Below are positions 9,854 through 19,384 of a stretch of 64,000 nt of DNA, one piece after another. Below the pieces are notes generated by a model. That model did no database searches and was not told the DNA's origin. It worked only from the letters and a program-made list of their open reading frames with translations. Source of the DNA: a bacterium. GTDB taxonomy: Bacteria > UBA8248. The stretch covers positions 1,920,001-1,984,000 of the forward strand of contig OZ253442.1 in assembly GCA_965261085.1 (NCBI GenBank), written 5' to 3'. Each line of letters starts with the position of its first letter. Position 1 is the stretch's first letter. Made by a program: the position numbers and the translations under genes.

Positions 9854-11290
9854 TTATACCACTTCGGCGCGGTCGTGGTCGATGGCGTCATGCCCCCCGG
9901 CGCCGATCCAAACTCCCATATTGCGGAGTTCCGTGACAGCTTGTGCGATTTCTTCCTCGTTTCCATTAAACTCGCATACCTGCCACCCGGATTGGGCATC
10001 CAATTCGCTCCGCATGATGTTGATGGAAAACGAATATTTTTTGCCGAGTTCCCACAGAATGGGTTTATCTGCGCAATGACCCGGTATGGAGAGGACGAGC
10101 CGGTTGCATCCCCGGGGTATGGGGGTCGCGTTGATACCGATCGGGCCGCCGTTTTCGAGTCTGGCCAGAAAACCACCGACGATCTCGGTGAGTTTGTCGT
10201 ATTGAACCAGGAAAGCATCGTGCCCATAGGTGGATTCCACCGTATGCAGTTCTACTTCGTAGTCGAGCTTTTGGAGAATCTGAGTGATCTCCATGCTTCT
10301 CTCCGGCGGGAAGAGCCAGTCGGATATGAAGCATACGAGCATACATTTGGTTTTCAGCCGGGATAAGGACGCTTCCAGACTCTCAAAACCCAGGGAGGCG
10401 TCGTATAGGTCCATCATACGAGATATGTATAAATACGAATTAGCGTCGAAACGATCGACGAATTTGTCTCCTTGGTGATCGAGATAGCTTTCCACTTCGA
10501 ACCGCGAGGCGATGTCGTCTAGCATTTTGTCTTTGTCTCTTATCTCACGGCCGAATTTCTCCCACATGATTCCTCGGCTCAGATAGGTGATGTGAGCCAG
10601 CATGCGCGCCGCGCTGAGGCCCTTGCGAGGCCCTTGGCCGGCGTCGTAGTCGCCGTTTTGCCAATCGCCGTCCGCCGTGATGGCCCTGCGGGCGATCTTG
10701 TCCCATGCGATTCCCATCGGGTCCAGGCGCGCGGCTCCCGCGACCGGAATGACAGAATCGCAGAAATCACTGTAGCGCAGGCCCCATTCCAGGGTTTGCA
10801 TCCCGGCGAGCGAGCCGCCGATAACCGTTTTGAGTCGCTTGACGCCCAAGCGATCGAGGAGCAGCTTCTGCACGCGAACTGTGTCCTCTACTGTGATGAC
10901 GGGAAAGCTAGTGTTATAGGCGCTTCCCGTGGCGGGATTGATTGAAGTAGGCCCCGTGGTGCCCGAGCATCCCCCCAAGTTGTTCGAAGAGACGACGAAA
11001 TTTTTCCGGGTATCGATGGCCTTGCCGGGGCCTATCATCGGGTCCCACCAGCCCGGGCGCGGGTCGTCGGGGCTGTGGAAGCCGGCTGCGTGCGCATCGC
11101 CCGTTAGAGCATGGATTACCAGAACGGCATTATCGGCGCTGGGAGAGAGTTTGCCATATGTCTCATATGCAACCTGGATTTCGGGCAATGTTTCGCCAGA
11201 ATCGGTCTGGAACGGCTCGGGAAGGATGATGGTCTGTGTTTTCGTAAGGCCGACTGAAGCGGGGGACTGCGGGAAATTTTTTCGATTCAT
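9854..11290 (-). CDS. metX: homoserine O-acetyltransferase with C-terminal NIL domain
   Basis: HALTGDAH, GWWDPMIGPGK, GGSLAG, RFDANSY, YGHDAFL, followed by an extension resembling NIL (KPILWELGKKYSFSINIMRSEL...GWQVCEFNG...LRNMGV). Confidence 0.9.
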   Translation of the reverse strand: MNRKNFPQSPASVGLTKTQTIILPEPFQTDSGETLPEIQVAYETYGKLSPSADNAVLVIHALTGDAHAAGFHSPDDPRPGWWDPMIGPGKAIDTRKNFVVSSNNLGGCSGTTGPTSINPATGSAYNTSFPVITVEDTVRVQKLLLDRLGVKRLKTVIGGSLAGMQTLEWGLRYSDFCDSVIPVAGAARLDPMGIAWDKIARRAITADGDWQNGDYDAGQGPRKGLSAARMLAHITYLSRGIMWEKFGREIRDKDKMLDDIASRFEVESYLDHQGDKFVDRFDANSYLYISRMMDLYDASLGFESLEASLSRLKTKCMLVCFISDWLFPPERSMEITQILQKLDYEVELHTVESTYGHDAFLVQYDKLTEIVGGFLARLENGGPIGINATPIPRGCNRLVLSIPGHCADKPILWELGKKYSFSINIMRSELDAQSGWQVCEFNGNEEEIAQAVTELRNMGVWIGAGGHDAIDHDRAEVV

Positions 11291-11508
11291 GATTTAGCGT
11301 GATTTCCTTATTTCTAAGACAAAGCTATATACTGATTTGTAGCAAAATTATGTGTTTTGCACACGCTTGTTCAAGTGGATGTTGCTTTTGCTTGTTTTTT
11401 CTTGTTTGCGCAATGGCGGTTGTTACATTTTTCATCAGCGAAACAAAATGCTTTTTGGGTCACGGACTCAGAAAGTCAACGGATTGAGAATGTATTTTCC
11501 GCCGTTTT

Positions 11509-12318
11509 TTGGTGTCTCAAATGATAGTTAGTCCGCGAGATAACCATGTTCGTCTCATTTGTCAGCACGACCACGCCCGGGCCGCAGGTACGATTGCGCG
11601 AAATTGGATAGGTATTGAGTCGCTTCCCTCACCGCCGGATGAACTCAGGGAGAAAGTTTTGTTCGCCGTCGATAACCATGACGTTGGGTGGTGCCGCTCG
11701 GATGCCACGCCGAAATGGGATGAAATGACGAAACTGCCTTATAGTTTTTTTGGCATAACGGCGGACAAGGCGATAGAAATATGGGCGGAAGGAATTGATT
11801 CTTGCGCGTCTTTTCATCCATTTGCCGGTTATTTGGTCAGCCTCCATTTCTCTTCGCTCGCGGAGGGAGGGAGGAGGGGTGCGCCCGGCGAGGTTTCAAG
11901 AGTGTTGAACGGGTTCATTCATTCTGAAGCGAAACGGCAGAAAAAATTGGACGTCCTCATTGAGCCGAGGCACAAAGATGCGATTGTAAATTCCGTGTCG
12001 CTGCTCAGGGTTTGCGATACGTTATCCCTATTGGCATGCCGAGCGCCCGAAATCACCCCGCCCGATAGAGCCGTCCACCCCTTAACGCAAAGTGGATTGA
12101 AAGTGAAAACGGCAAACATGGATGATTTGGAAATATCCCCGTGGCCGTTCTCAAAGGATTCGCTCAAGCTGCGGATGCCGGGGTTGGTCCTGCCGGGTGA
12201 GTATTTTGCAGATGAAAAGGAACTGGCCGAGGCCTTACCCCAGGCGGAACCGATCGTATTTTTAAGTATCCTTAAGCGGTTATCGGAGTATGCGGAACCT
12301 GAAGCTGCGCGGAATTGA
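11509..12318 (+). CDS. DUF3891 family protein
   Basis: LICQHDHARAAG, NHDVGW, LVSLH, CDTLSL, PWPF pattern. Confidence 0.75.
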   Translation: MVSQMIVSPRDNHVRLICQHDHARAAGTIARNWIGIESLPSPPDELREKVLFAVDNHDVGWCRSDATPKWDEMTKLPYSFFGITADKAIEIWAEGIDSCASFHPFAGYLVSLHFSSLAEGGRRGAPGEVSRVLNGFIHSEAKRQKKLDVLIEPRHKDAIVNSVSLLRVCDTLSLLACRAPEITPPDRAVHPLTQSGLKVKTANMDDLEISPWPFSKDSLKLRMPGLVLPGEYFADEKELAEALPQAEPIVFLSILKRLSEYAEPEAARN

Positions 12319-12333
12319 ACTTTTGGAGACGGA

Positions 12334-14493
12334 ATGAAGGACGAAGTTGCCGCTTTAGAGCTAAGTGTCGTCGCCGGAATTGTCTGGCACGAGGGGCGCA
12401 TTCTTATTTGTCAGCGCCCTGCAGGCGGCCACATGCCGGGCTTCTGGGAGTTTCCGGGTGGCAAAATAGAGGGTGGAGAGAACCCCCAGGAAGCCTTGCG
12501 CCGCGAGATTTGTGAGGAACTCGGTATCGAAGTACGCGTTGGACGTCTTCACTGGGAGACCCGACATCGATACCCAGATAGAGATGTACACCTACGCTTT
12601 TATGATTGTGAATGGGAGAGCGGGGTGGTGAAGAATGTAGAGGTGGCCAAGTACGAATGGGCGGATCCTTCCTTATTGGGGTATTTTGATTTCCTGCCGG
12701 CGGATGTGCAGTTGATAGAATCTCTCATGAATGGCGAGAAAATACGAGATTCGGGCAATAGCGCAAAACCCGTTTCAAAGGCTGATTTAAGCGCCGCTTA
12801 TGATACGTGTATGAAAATCGTAGTCGGCCATTACGAGAATTTTCCCGTGGCCTCGAAGTTGCTGCCGGCGAAGATAAGACCGCATGTCGCTGCTGTATAT
12901 GCATTCGCCAGAGGTGCTGATGATATCGCGGATACGGCCAGGCCCGCCCATGAGCGTTTCGCTCGTCTCGATGAATGGGAAGAAAAACTTGTTTTGGCCC
13001 AGAAAGGAGTTGCGGAAACAGACGTTTTCATAGCGCTTTCTCATACGCTTCAGCAATTCGATTTGCCCTTACAACCTTTTCGGGATTTGCTCTCGGCGTT
13101 CAAACAAGACGTCACGGTTCTCCGGTACCCGAACTATGAAACCTTGCTCGATTATTGTCGCCGATCGGCGGATCCCGTCGGGCGAATCGTTCTCATGCTT
13201 CACGGGATCCGTGATGAGGAAGCTTTTCGTGCGTCGGATGCCATATGCACGGCCTTGCAGATTGCGAATCACTTACAGGATGTAAAAGAAGATGCCGAGC
13301 GAGGCATCATCTACATGCCTCAGGACGAGATGAAAAAATTCTCCGTCTCCGAGGATGATTTGCTCGCAGACGTGGCGACACCTCCACTACGCGCATTTCT
13401 GGTTTTTCAGATACAAAGGACGAAGCGCCTCTTCAAGCAGGGCCTGCCTCTTTTGTACCGTACCCGTGGCGCATTGGGCCGTGAGCTTCGTGCGATTTGG
13501 CGCGGAGGCGTCGCGGCGCTGGACTCGATTTCCCGTGAGAATTGGGATGTTTGCGCAGGCTCGCCGCTTTTGAATGGCAGGGATAAGGCCAAGTCGCTGC
13601 TTGCGGCGTTTCGCCCGGTCTATCCACTCGAATCCAATGTGGATCGGCATGCGGAAGAAGAGTTGAACCGTGCCTATTGCCGCTGGTTTATTCGAGCCAG
13701 CAAGTCGAATTTTTATCTGTCTTTTTTTAGCCTGCCCGCGGAGAAAAGGCGCGCCATCACAGCGGTGTATGCGTATTGCCGCATGGCCGACGACATCGCC
13801 GATGAGCCGGGGGAGATATCTGGCAAAAGGACCTTGTTGCGTGAGTGGAAAGAAGCGTTGGCTCAGTTGTGCGAGGAGAGTCCATCCCACCCGATAATCG
13901 GGGAACTCGCGTGGGCGGCGCGAAAATACGACTTGCCGCCGCAGCATTTCCGGGCGATTTGTGATGGGGTGGCGATGGATTTAGAGGAAAGTCGATTTGA
14001 AAATTTCTCAGATCTTGAAAATTATTGCGACAAGGTGGCTTCTGCAGTAGGGCTGGCGTGTCTGGGTATTTTCGGCGCAAAATCGGAGTTTGCGAAAGAA
14101 TATGCCGTTTGTTTGGGAAGAGCGCTTCAGATGACGAACATTTTAAGAGACGTTTGGGAGGATGCGCAGCAAGAGCGCTTTTATATTCCGAGAAGCGAAA
14201 TGCAGAATTATGGTGTAACGGTCTCCGATTTGAGAGACAAAAAAGATACTTCTCAGGTCTTGAGTCTTCTCCAGTTTCTGGCGCATCAGGCGCGTGGATA
14301 TTACGAGCGGGCGAACGAGGCCTTGCGCCACGAGAAAAAAGAGAACCTTCTTCCTGCGAGAATCATGGGCCGAATTTATCGGAGACTTCTAAGTGAAATG
14401 GAGGAGAATCATTTTCGGCACATGGATTATCGCCCCTCATTGAAGTCCAGGGAAAAACTACAAGAAGCGCTTCGCTGTTTTCTGGAATCATAA
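12334..14493 (+). CDS. NUDIX(MutT-like)-HpnC-HpnD fusion (squalene pathway)
   Basis: NUDIX box GGKIEGGENPQEALRREICEELG; HpnC HYENFPVAS..AFARGADDIAD; HpnD SKSNFYLSF..AYCRMADDIAD..QMTNILRDV; one uninterrupted ORF. Confidence 0.9.
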   Translation: MKDEVAALELSVVAGIVWHEGRILICQRPAGGHMPGFWEFPGGKIEGGENPQEALRREICEELGIEVRVGRLHWETRHRYPDRDVHLRFYDCEWESGVVKNVEVAKYEWADPSLLGYFDFLPADVQLIESLMNGEKIRDSGNSAKPVSKADLSAAYDTCMKIVVGHYENFPVASKLLPAKIRPHVAAVYAFARGADDIADTARPAHERFARLDEWEEKLVLAQKGVAETDVFIALSHTLQQFDLPLQPFRDLLSAFKQDVTVLRYPNYETLLDYCRRSADPVGRIVLMLHGIRDEEAFRASDAICTALQIANHLQDVKEDAERGIIYMPQDEMKKFSVSEDDLLADVATPPLRAFLVFQIQRTKRLFKQGLPLLYRTRGALGRELRAIWRGGVAALDSISRENWDVCAGSPLLNGRDKAKSLLAAFRPVYPLESNVDRHAEEELNRAYCRWFIRASKSNFYLSFFSLPAEKRRAITAVYAYCRMADDIADEPGEISGKRTLLREWKEALAQLCEESPSHPIIGELAWAARKYDLPPQHFRAICDGVAMDLEESRFENFSDLENYCDKVASAVGLACLGIFGAKSEFAKEYAVCLGRALQMTNILRDVWEDAQQERFYIPRSEMQNYGVTVSDLRDKKDTSQVLSLLQFLAHQARGYYERANEALRHEKKENLLPARIMGRIYRRLLSEMEENHFRHMDYRPSLKSREKLQEALRCFLES

Positions 14494-15849
14494 ATGTCTG
14501 AGCCTGTCGGATTCGAACGACCGGTTATCATCATCGGAGCCGGCGCAGCGGGATTGTCCGCTGCTTTGCGCCTTGCCGAGTCGGGTACCAAAGTTCTGGT
14601 GCTTGAGGCGGGGAAGCTTCTCGGCGGCCGGGCGCGTAGTTTCATGCATTCGTCCACGGGTTTGGAGTTGGACTGGGGTCCGCATTTGTTTATGGCGGCA
14701 AACCCGGCATTGCGCTCTTTGTTGGAAAGGGTGGGTGCTGCCGATGATGTTTTTTACTCTCCCTCTTTAGAGGTGAGCTACCGTATTTGGGAATCGGAGT
14801 TGGCCAGACGGACGCAATTGTCATTTCCAGAGGGCGGAGGGATTTTTGCGCAACTCCGAGGCTTGCTCAAATGGCGTGGCCCCCGTTTTTGGGAGAAAGT
14901 GAATCTTCTGAAAGGACTTTCGAAGATTATTTCGAAATCGAGTGATGAGATTCCGAATGAATCCATGGGTGAAATGCTCGAGCGTTTTGGCCAGAAAGAT
15001 GAAGCGGTGCGCTGGTTTTGGGAGCCGTTTGCGCGCGCGGTATTGAATTTGCCCTTAGAGCAGGGAAGTGCGGAATTGTTCAAGGCGGTGATCCGCGAGG
15101 CCTTCGCCCATGGCCCGAAAGGGGCCGCCTTAGGAGTGCCGATGAAGGCCCTGAGTGCTTTATGGGCTAACAGAGCCGCGCAAAGCATCCGGCGCCTGGG
15201 AGGAGATGTTAGGCTTCAGCAACCCGCACTCGGTTTTGACGTCAAAAATTCAAAAATGAGCGGTGTGATCCTGAAAGAGCGCGAGATCTTGTATGCAGCC
15301 GCAGTCATTTCCGCCGTGCCGCCGGACGTCCTTGGGAGATTGTTGGGTAACGAACTCAGGGAGCAAACACCTTTTTCGAATCTGGGGAAACTATGTCCGG
15401 GGCCTATCGCCAGTGCATATTGCTGGCTTGAAAAACCGGATGAAGGTCCTCCCTTTGAAGCCATTTTGGATGAGGACTGGGATTGGCTGTTTCGTCCTGA
15501 GGGAAGTGGAGGAAATGCGGGAAATCTGGTGTGCCTGTTGGCCGGTGCGGAGGATTCCATCGCATCTGAGGAACGGTCGATCATTGAGTCGTCTGCGAGA
15601 GATTGCCTTAATCGATTGATGCCCCGTAACCGTACTCGAAGTATTTTGGTGGTGCGAGAGCGTGCCGCTACCTGGGCGAACGGGGTGGCCGAACAAAGCT
15701 CCCGGATGGACACCCAAACGCCTGTAAAGGGTTTCTTTTTGGCTGGAGACTGGACGCGCACAGGTCTGCCGGCCACCGTGGAGGGTGCGGTGAGAAGTGG
15801 AGACAAAGCTGCAGAGACGGTCCTGGAGTATATCAGGGCCGGCACGTAG
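14494..15849 (+). CDS. hpnE: hydroxysqualene dehydroxylase
   Basis: IGAGAAGLSAA, LGGRARSF, LAGDWTRTGLPATVEGAVRSG; abuts the hpnCD gene. Confidence 0.88.
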   Translation: MSEPVGFERPVIIIGAGAAGLSAALRLAESGTKVLVLEAGKLLGGRARSFMHSSTGLELDWGPHLFMAANPALRSLLERVGAADDVFYSPSLEVSYRIWESELARRTQLSFPEGGGIFAQLRGLLKWRGPRFWEKVNLLKGLSKIISKSSDEIPNESMGEMLERFGQKDEAVRWFWEPFARAVLNLPLEQGSAELFKAVIREAFAHGPKGAALGVPMKALSALWANRAAQSIRRLGGDVRLQQPALGFDVKNSKMSGVILKEREILYAAAVISAVPPDVLGRLLGNELREQTPFSNLGKLCPGPIASAYCWLEKPDEGPPFEAILDEDWDWLFRPEGSGGNAGNLVCLLAGAEDSIASEERSIIESSARDCLNRLMPRNRTRSILVVRERAATWANGVAEQSSRMDTQTPVKGFFLAGDWTRTGLPATVEGAVRSGDKAAETVLEYIRAGT

Positions 15850-15886
15850 CTTGCCCCCGATAAAAGATACGATAGCGGGAGGGAAA

Positions 15887-16093
15887 TTACTCTTCTTGTT
15901 TCGCTACATTCGCCGCCTGAAGTCCTTTGGGACCTTGTGTGATTTCGAATGTAACCTTTTCACCTTCTTTCAGAGATTTAAATCCATCTGCAACGATCGC
16001 TGAAAAGTGAACGAAGATGTCGTCGCCATCTTCCCGTGAAATGAAACCATATCCCTTTTTGTCACTGAACCACTTTACTGTTCCCTCTGGCAC
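15887..16093 (-). CDS. cold-shock protein
   Basis: [21 protein letters not shown]; GTG start with GGAGG. Confidence 0.95.
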   Translation of the reverse strand: MPEGTVKWFSDKKGYGFISREDGDDIFVHFSAIVADGFKSLKEGEKVTFEITQGPKGLQAANVAKQEE

Positions 16094-16257
16094 CTACAAT
16101 CCTCCCGCGCGAGACCCCTCATGAGGTCGAGGACATTATGCCCAGCCCCAACCTGGACATCTGATTCACAGAGAAATGCAAATTTTCCCCATCTAAGCAA
16201 AAGAGATACCGTATAAGATGCGTTGTTGAAAGGTTTGTGTCAAGCAAATAATTTTCA

Positions 16258-17883
16258 TTATTCCGCTCGAACATCTTTTGAGCCCACATAACCATCGGGA
16301 TTGATGACGGCGTCGATGACCCATGGCTTATCGGACGAAAATGCCCGCTTGAGCGCATCTTTCAACTCTTCTTCGGTGGAAACTCTCTCTCCCTCACAGC
16401 CCAATCCTCTCGCCACAGACGCATAATCGGAATCACGGAACTCAGTGCCAAGGCGAGGGAAAGAGCGATTGTCCTGTTTGATTTTTATCAGGTTCAGATA
16501 GCGATCGTTAAATACGACAGTGACGAAGGGGATGTTTTCGCGCACGGCGACTTCCATGTCGCCGATTCGCATGAGAAACCCACCATCCCCGGTAAGGCAG
16601 ACAACAGGCGTATCCGGTTCGGTTAATTTGGCGGCCATGGCAGCCGGCGTGGCGACGGCCATCGAACCCAGCCCGCTGGAGGTCAGGTAACCCAGAGGAC
16701 GCCTCGTCTCCCAAATGTCGTTGGCTAAGACTTTATGGCTTCCTGCATCGGCGGTCATGATGCCGTTGTCGGGGAGACATTCTCTGGCAACCCGGATGAC
16801 GGCGCCGGGCATCAAGCCTTCTCCGGTGGGAAATAACGCGGATTGCCTCATTTTCTTATAGGAATCCATCTCCTCGGTGTTCCAGGCATGGTTGGAGGAG
16901 ACGGAGGCGCTTAATTCTCTGAGGATATCGGCGAGATGGGCGACGACTTCTATTTCAGGTCGAATCAAATCATCGAGATGCGGTACTTCATCCAAATTGA
17001 TCACCTTTTGGGGATAGTCCCAATACCCGGGGGCGAATACTTCCACAGTATCGAAACCCACCAGGATGAATAAGTCCGACTTGTCTATCAATTCCCGCTC
17101 GGAAGGCGCGCCTCTGAAGGTTCCCATGGCGAGGGGGTGGTGCTCCGGCAAGACGCCCTTCGCTGAGGGTGCGGCAAGAACGGGCGCTCCGAGTTTCTCG
17201 GCGAAAGAGACGAACTCCTTTTCCGCTTCTCGTCCCGAGCGATTTACCTGAAGTCCTGCTATTACTATCGGGTTTTTTGACTCTGAGATAGCGGCGAGAG
17301 TGGCGCCAATACCTGGATGGGCCGATCCGATGCGGCCAATATATTTTTTGGGGTTCTCCTTGGGTGGGAAATCGTTTGCTCCGGCATTCGCCAGTATGAC
17401 GTCGTACGGGAGGTCCACATGCACGGGACCCGGCCTTCCTTCCGTGGCCAGAGCCAGTGCCCGCCTGATGGCCACCGCAGCATTGTCTTTCGCGAGCTTG
17501 AAAGTCCCTTTCGTGATGGGGCGCAGCAAACGATCCTGGTCGAGTCTTTGCCGGCCCTGACGGCGAAACTGCTCATCGGAAAAGCGGTCGGTCAAGATGA
17601 GGCATGGTGCACGCTCTAGATAATTGTTTGCCACGCCATGGAGGACAGCCGCTGCCCCCGGACCGACGCCCGTGCTCACGACCCCTGGTCGTCCCGTCAA
17701 GATGCCATACGTCCCCGCCTTCACGGCCGCGCTGCTCTCGTTGCTGCAAAGGATATAGCGAATGTCGCGCTTACTGGCGGCTTCGATGAGTTCGACGGAA
17801 CTCAAGCTTCCCGGAACGCCGAAAATAAATTCGATGCCCGCATTTTGAAGTACGTCCGCAACCACATCGGCATACGTGGACAT
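16258..17883 (-). CDS. thiamine pyrophosphate-binding enzyme (acetolactate synthase-like family)
   Basis: FGVPG, GPG, GRPGPVH, GDGGF...N ThDP motif; ATG 17883 with GGAGG. Confidence 0.88.
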   Translation of the reverse strand: MSTYADVVADVLQNAGIEFIFGVPGSLSSVELIEAASKRDIRYILCSNESSAAVKAGTYGILTGRPGVVSTGVGPGAAAVLHGVANNYLERAPCLILTDRFSDEQFRRQGRQRLDQDRLLRPITKGTFKLAKDNAAVAIRRALALATEGRPGPVHVDLPYDVILANAGANDFPPKENPKKYIGRIGSAHPGIGATLAAISESKNPIVIAGLQVNRSGREAEKEFVSFAEKLGAPVLAAPSAKGVLPEHHPLAMGTFRGAPSERELIDKSDLFILVGFDTVEVFAPGYWDYPQKVINLDEVPHLDDLIRPEIEVVAHLADILRELSASVSSNHAWNTEEMDSYKKMRQSALFPTGEGLMPGAVIRVARECLPDNGIMTADAGSHKVLANDIWETRRPLGYLTSSGLGSMAVATPAAMAAKLTEPDTPVVCLTGDGGFLMRIGDMEVAVRENIPFVTVVFNDRYLNLIKIKQDNRSFPRLGTEFRDSDYASVARGLGCEGERVSTEEELKDALKRAFSSDKPWVIDAVINPDGYVGSKDVRAE

Positions 17884-17988
17884 GCGATCCCTCCCGTCGA
17901 ACGCAAATTGTGTATGAGTCCGAATGATAATACCATATTTAAAAGGCAGTGGTAGGGAAGAGACGACTACGAACCGGGGAGTGACATT

Positions 17989-18831
17989 TTGTCGTTGAGT
18001 GACTCGCAATTAGAGGCTGTGTGTCATTTGTTGAATGATGGTTCACCGAGGGTGACGGCGGTTTTGGACCGCCAGGTTTCCGAATTCTCAATCGAGGAGC
18101 AGCAAAGACTCCTGAGCATATTGAAAAAGCGTGAGGTGAGCGATGTGAAACTGCCGCCATCGCTGAGGGAATTCCATTATAGGCAAATCGAAATTGCTTT
18201 TTCGGACTGGTCTCTTTCTTCGGTTGAAGATGTGGCTCTGGAAGATGCGTGCTTCTTGTTGGCGTCTATTGGCCATCCGCTCGAAAACATGGAAACGAAA
18301 AAAGACGAATTGCTGAGCATGGAAAATCATTTACGTAAACGTTTGGAGGGTATAAGTAAAGCCGAAGCTATTGTCGACGAAGTCGTGGAATATCTACACG
18401 GAGAGCTTCGCTTCGATGGCGATCGGGAGAATTATTATGATGCGCAGAATAGTTTCATGAGTCGCGTGCTGGAGCGCAGACGCGGCATTCCCATATCACT
18501 TTCCGCGTTGTATTTGATTCTCACCGCGCGATTGGGGCTTCCTTTTCACGGAGTCGGGATGCCGGGGCATTTTATCGTAAAATACCAAGCTGATGAGGAC
18601 CCCATATTTCTGTATCCCTTCGATAGGGGAAAACGCTTGAGTGTTGGAGATTGCGCGGCGATCGTACGAGGACTCGGGTATCATTTCGACATGCGGTTTT
18701 TACAGGAAACCCCTCCTCGCCGTATCGTGGAGAGAATGCTCAACAATTTGCTTGGAATTTATAAGCGTGATGGGGAAGATGAAATGGTGACCTGCCTGCT
18801 TCGCTGTCGAGAGCTGGTGCAGCGGGTATAG
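17989..18831 (+). CDS. SirB1/transglutaminase-like domain protein
   Basis: FDGDRENYYD..NSF..VLERRRGIPISLS, GVGMPGHF, RMLNNL. Confidence 0.85.
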   Translation: MSLSDSQLEAVCHLLNDGSPRVTAVLDRQVSEFSIEEQQRLLSILKKREVSDVKLPPSLREFHYRQIEIAFSDWSLSSVEDVALEDACFLLASIGHPLENMETKKDELLSMENHLRKRLEGISKAEAIVDEVVEYLHGELRFDGDRENYYDAQNSFMSRVLERRRGIPISLSALYLILTARLGLPFHGVGMPGHFIVKYQADEDPIFLYPFDRGKRLSVGDCAAIVRGLGYHFDMRFLQETPPRRIVERMLNNLLGIYKRDGEDEMVTCLLRCRELVQRV

Positions 18832-18855
18832 CACCTTCATAAGAGGAAAAACGGT

Positions 18856-19320
18856 ATGCACTACTTCGAGTTGGCTGAAAATCTGGCTTTCGGGAGCCAA
18901 CCGGGTCGGAAGGATTTGGAATCCCTGGCGAACAAGGGAATAATAACCTTGGTGAATTTGCGTTTTGCCGATGAGGAAGAGCCTGAGCTACCACCCGAGG
19001 CGGAGAGAAAAGCGGCGCAAGAGTTAGGGATGAACTTCGTCCATATTCCCGTAAGCGCCGCGAATATGGACGATGCGTTATCGGGAGAAATCCATGAAGC
19101 ACTCCATGAGACCAGAAAAGATGGCCCGGTATTCGTCCACTGAAAAGGTGTGGGGCGAGCCGGGATTTGCTCGCTGATTCATGTGGCGGAAGAAAATGAT
19201 ATGGGTGGAGACGAGGTGCTGCAAAAGGCGGACGAAATAGGGCTTGACTGGGCAGTTTCCTCCATTGGGGGATATTTTGAAAAATTCGCCAACCAAAGGA
19301 AAAGAACTGGCACATCGTAG
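18856..19320 (+). CDS. DUF442/Blh-like sulfurtransferase or PTP-fold selenoprotein (HUxxxxxR)
   Basis: GSQP, LVNLR..EE, FVHIPV, then GPVFVH-TGA-KGVGRAG; the frame stays open to TAG 19318-19320; hairpin 19155-19174. Confidence 0.85.
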
Positions 19321-19338
19321 AAAAGTATTATAGCCATG

Positions 19339-19373
19339 AAAAAAGAGGGGAGTAAGTAACTCCCCTCTTTTTT
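19339..19373. terminator. bidirectional rho-independent terminator
   Basis: AAAAAAGAGGGGAGT-aagta-ACTCCCCTCTTTTTT between convergent genes; it lies just after TAG 19320, supporting the extended ORF. Confidence 0.9.
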
Positions 19374-19384
19374 GTGGTCAACCT

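Noticed and set aside
9122-10366. 414-aa plus-strand ORF
   Set aside because: Antisense shadow of the DsbA-like gene and metX; no motifs.
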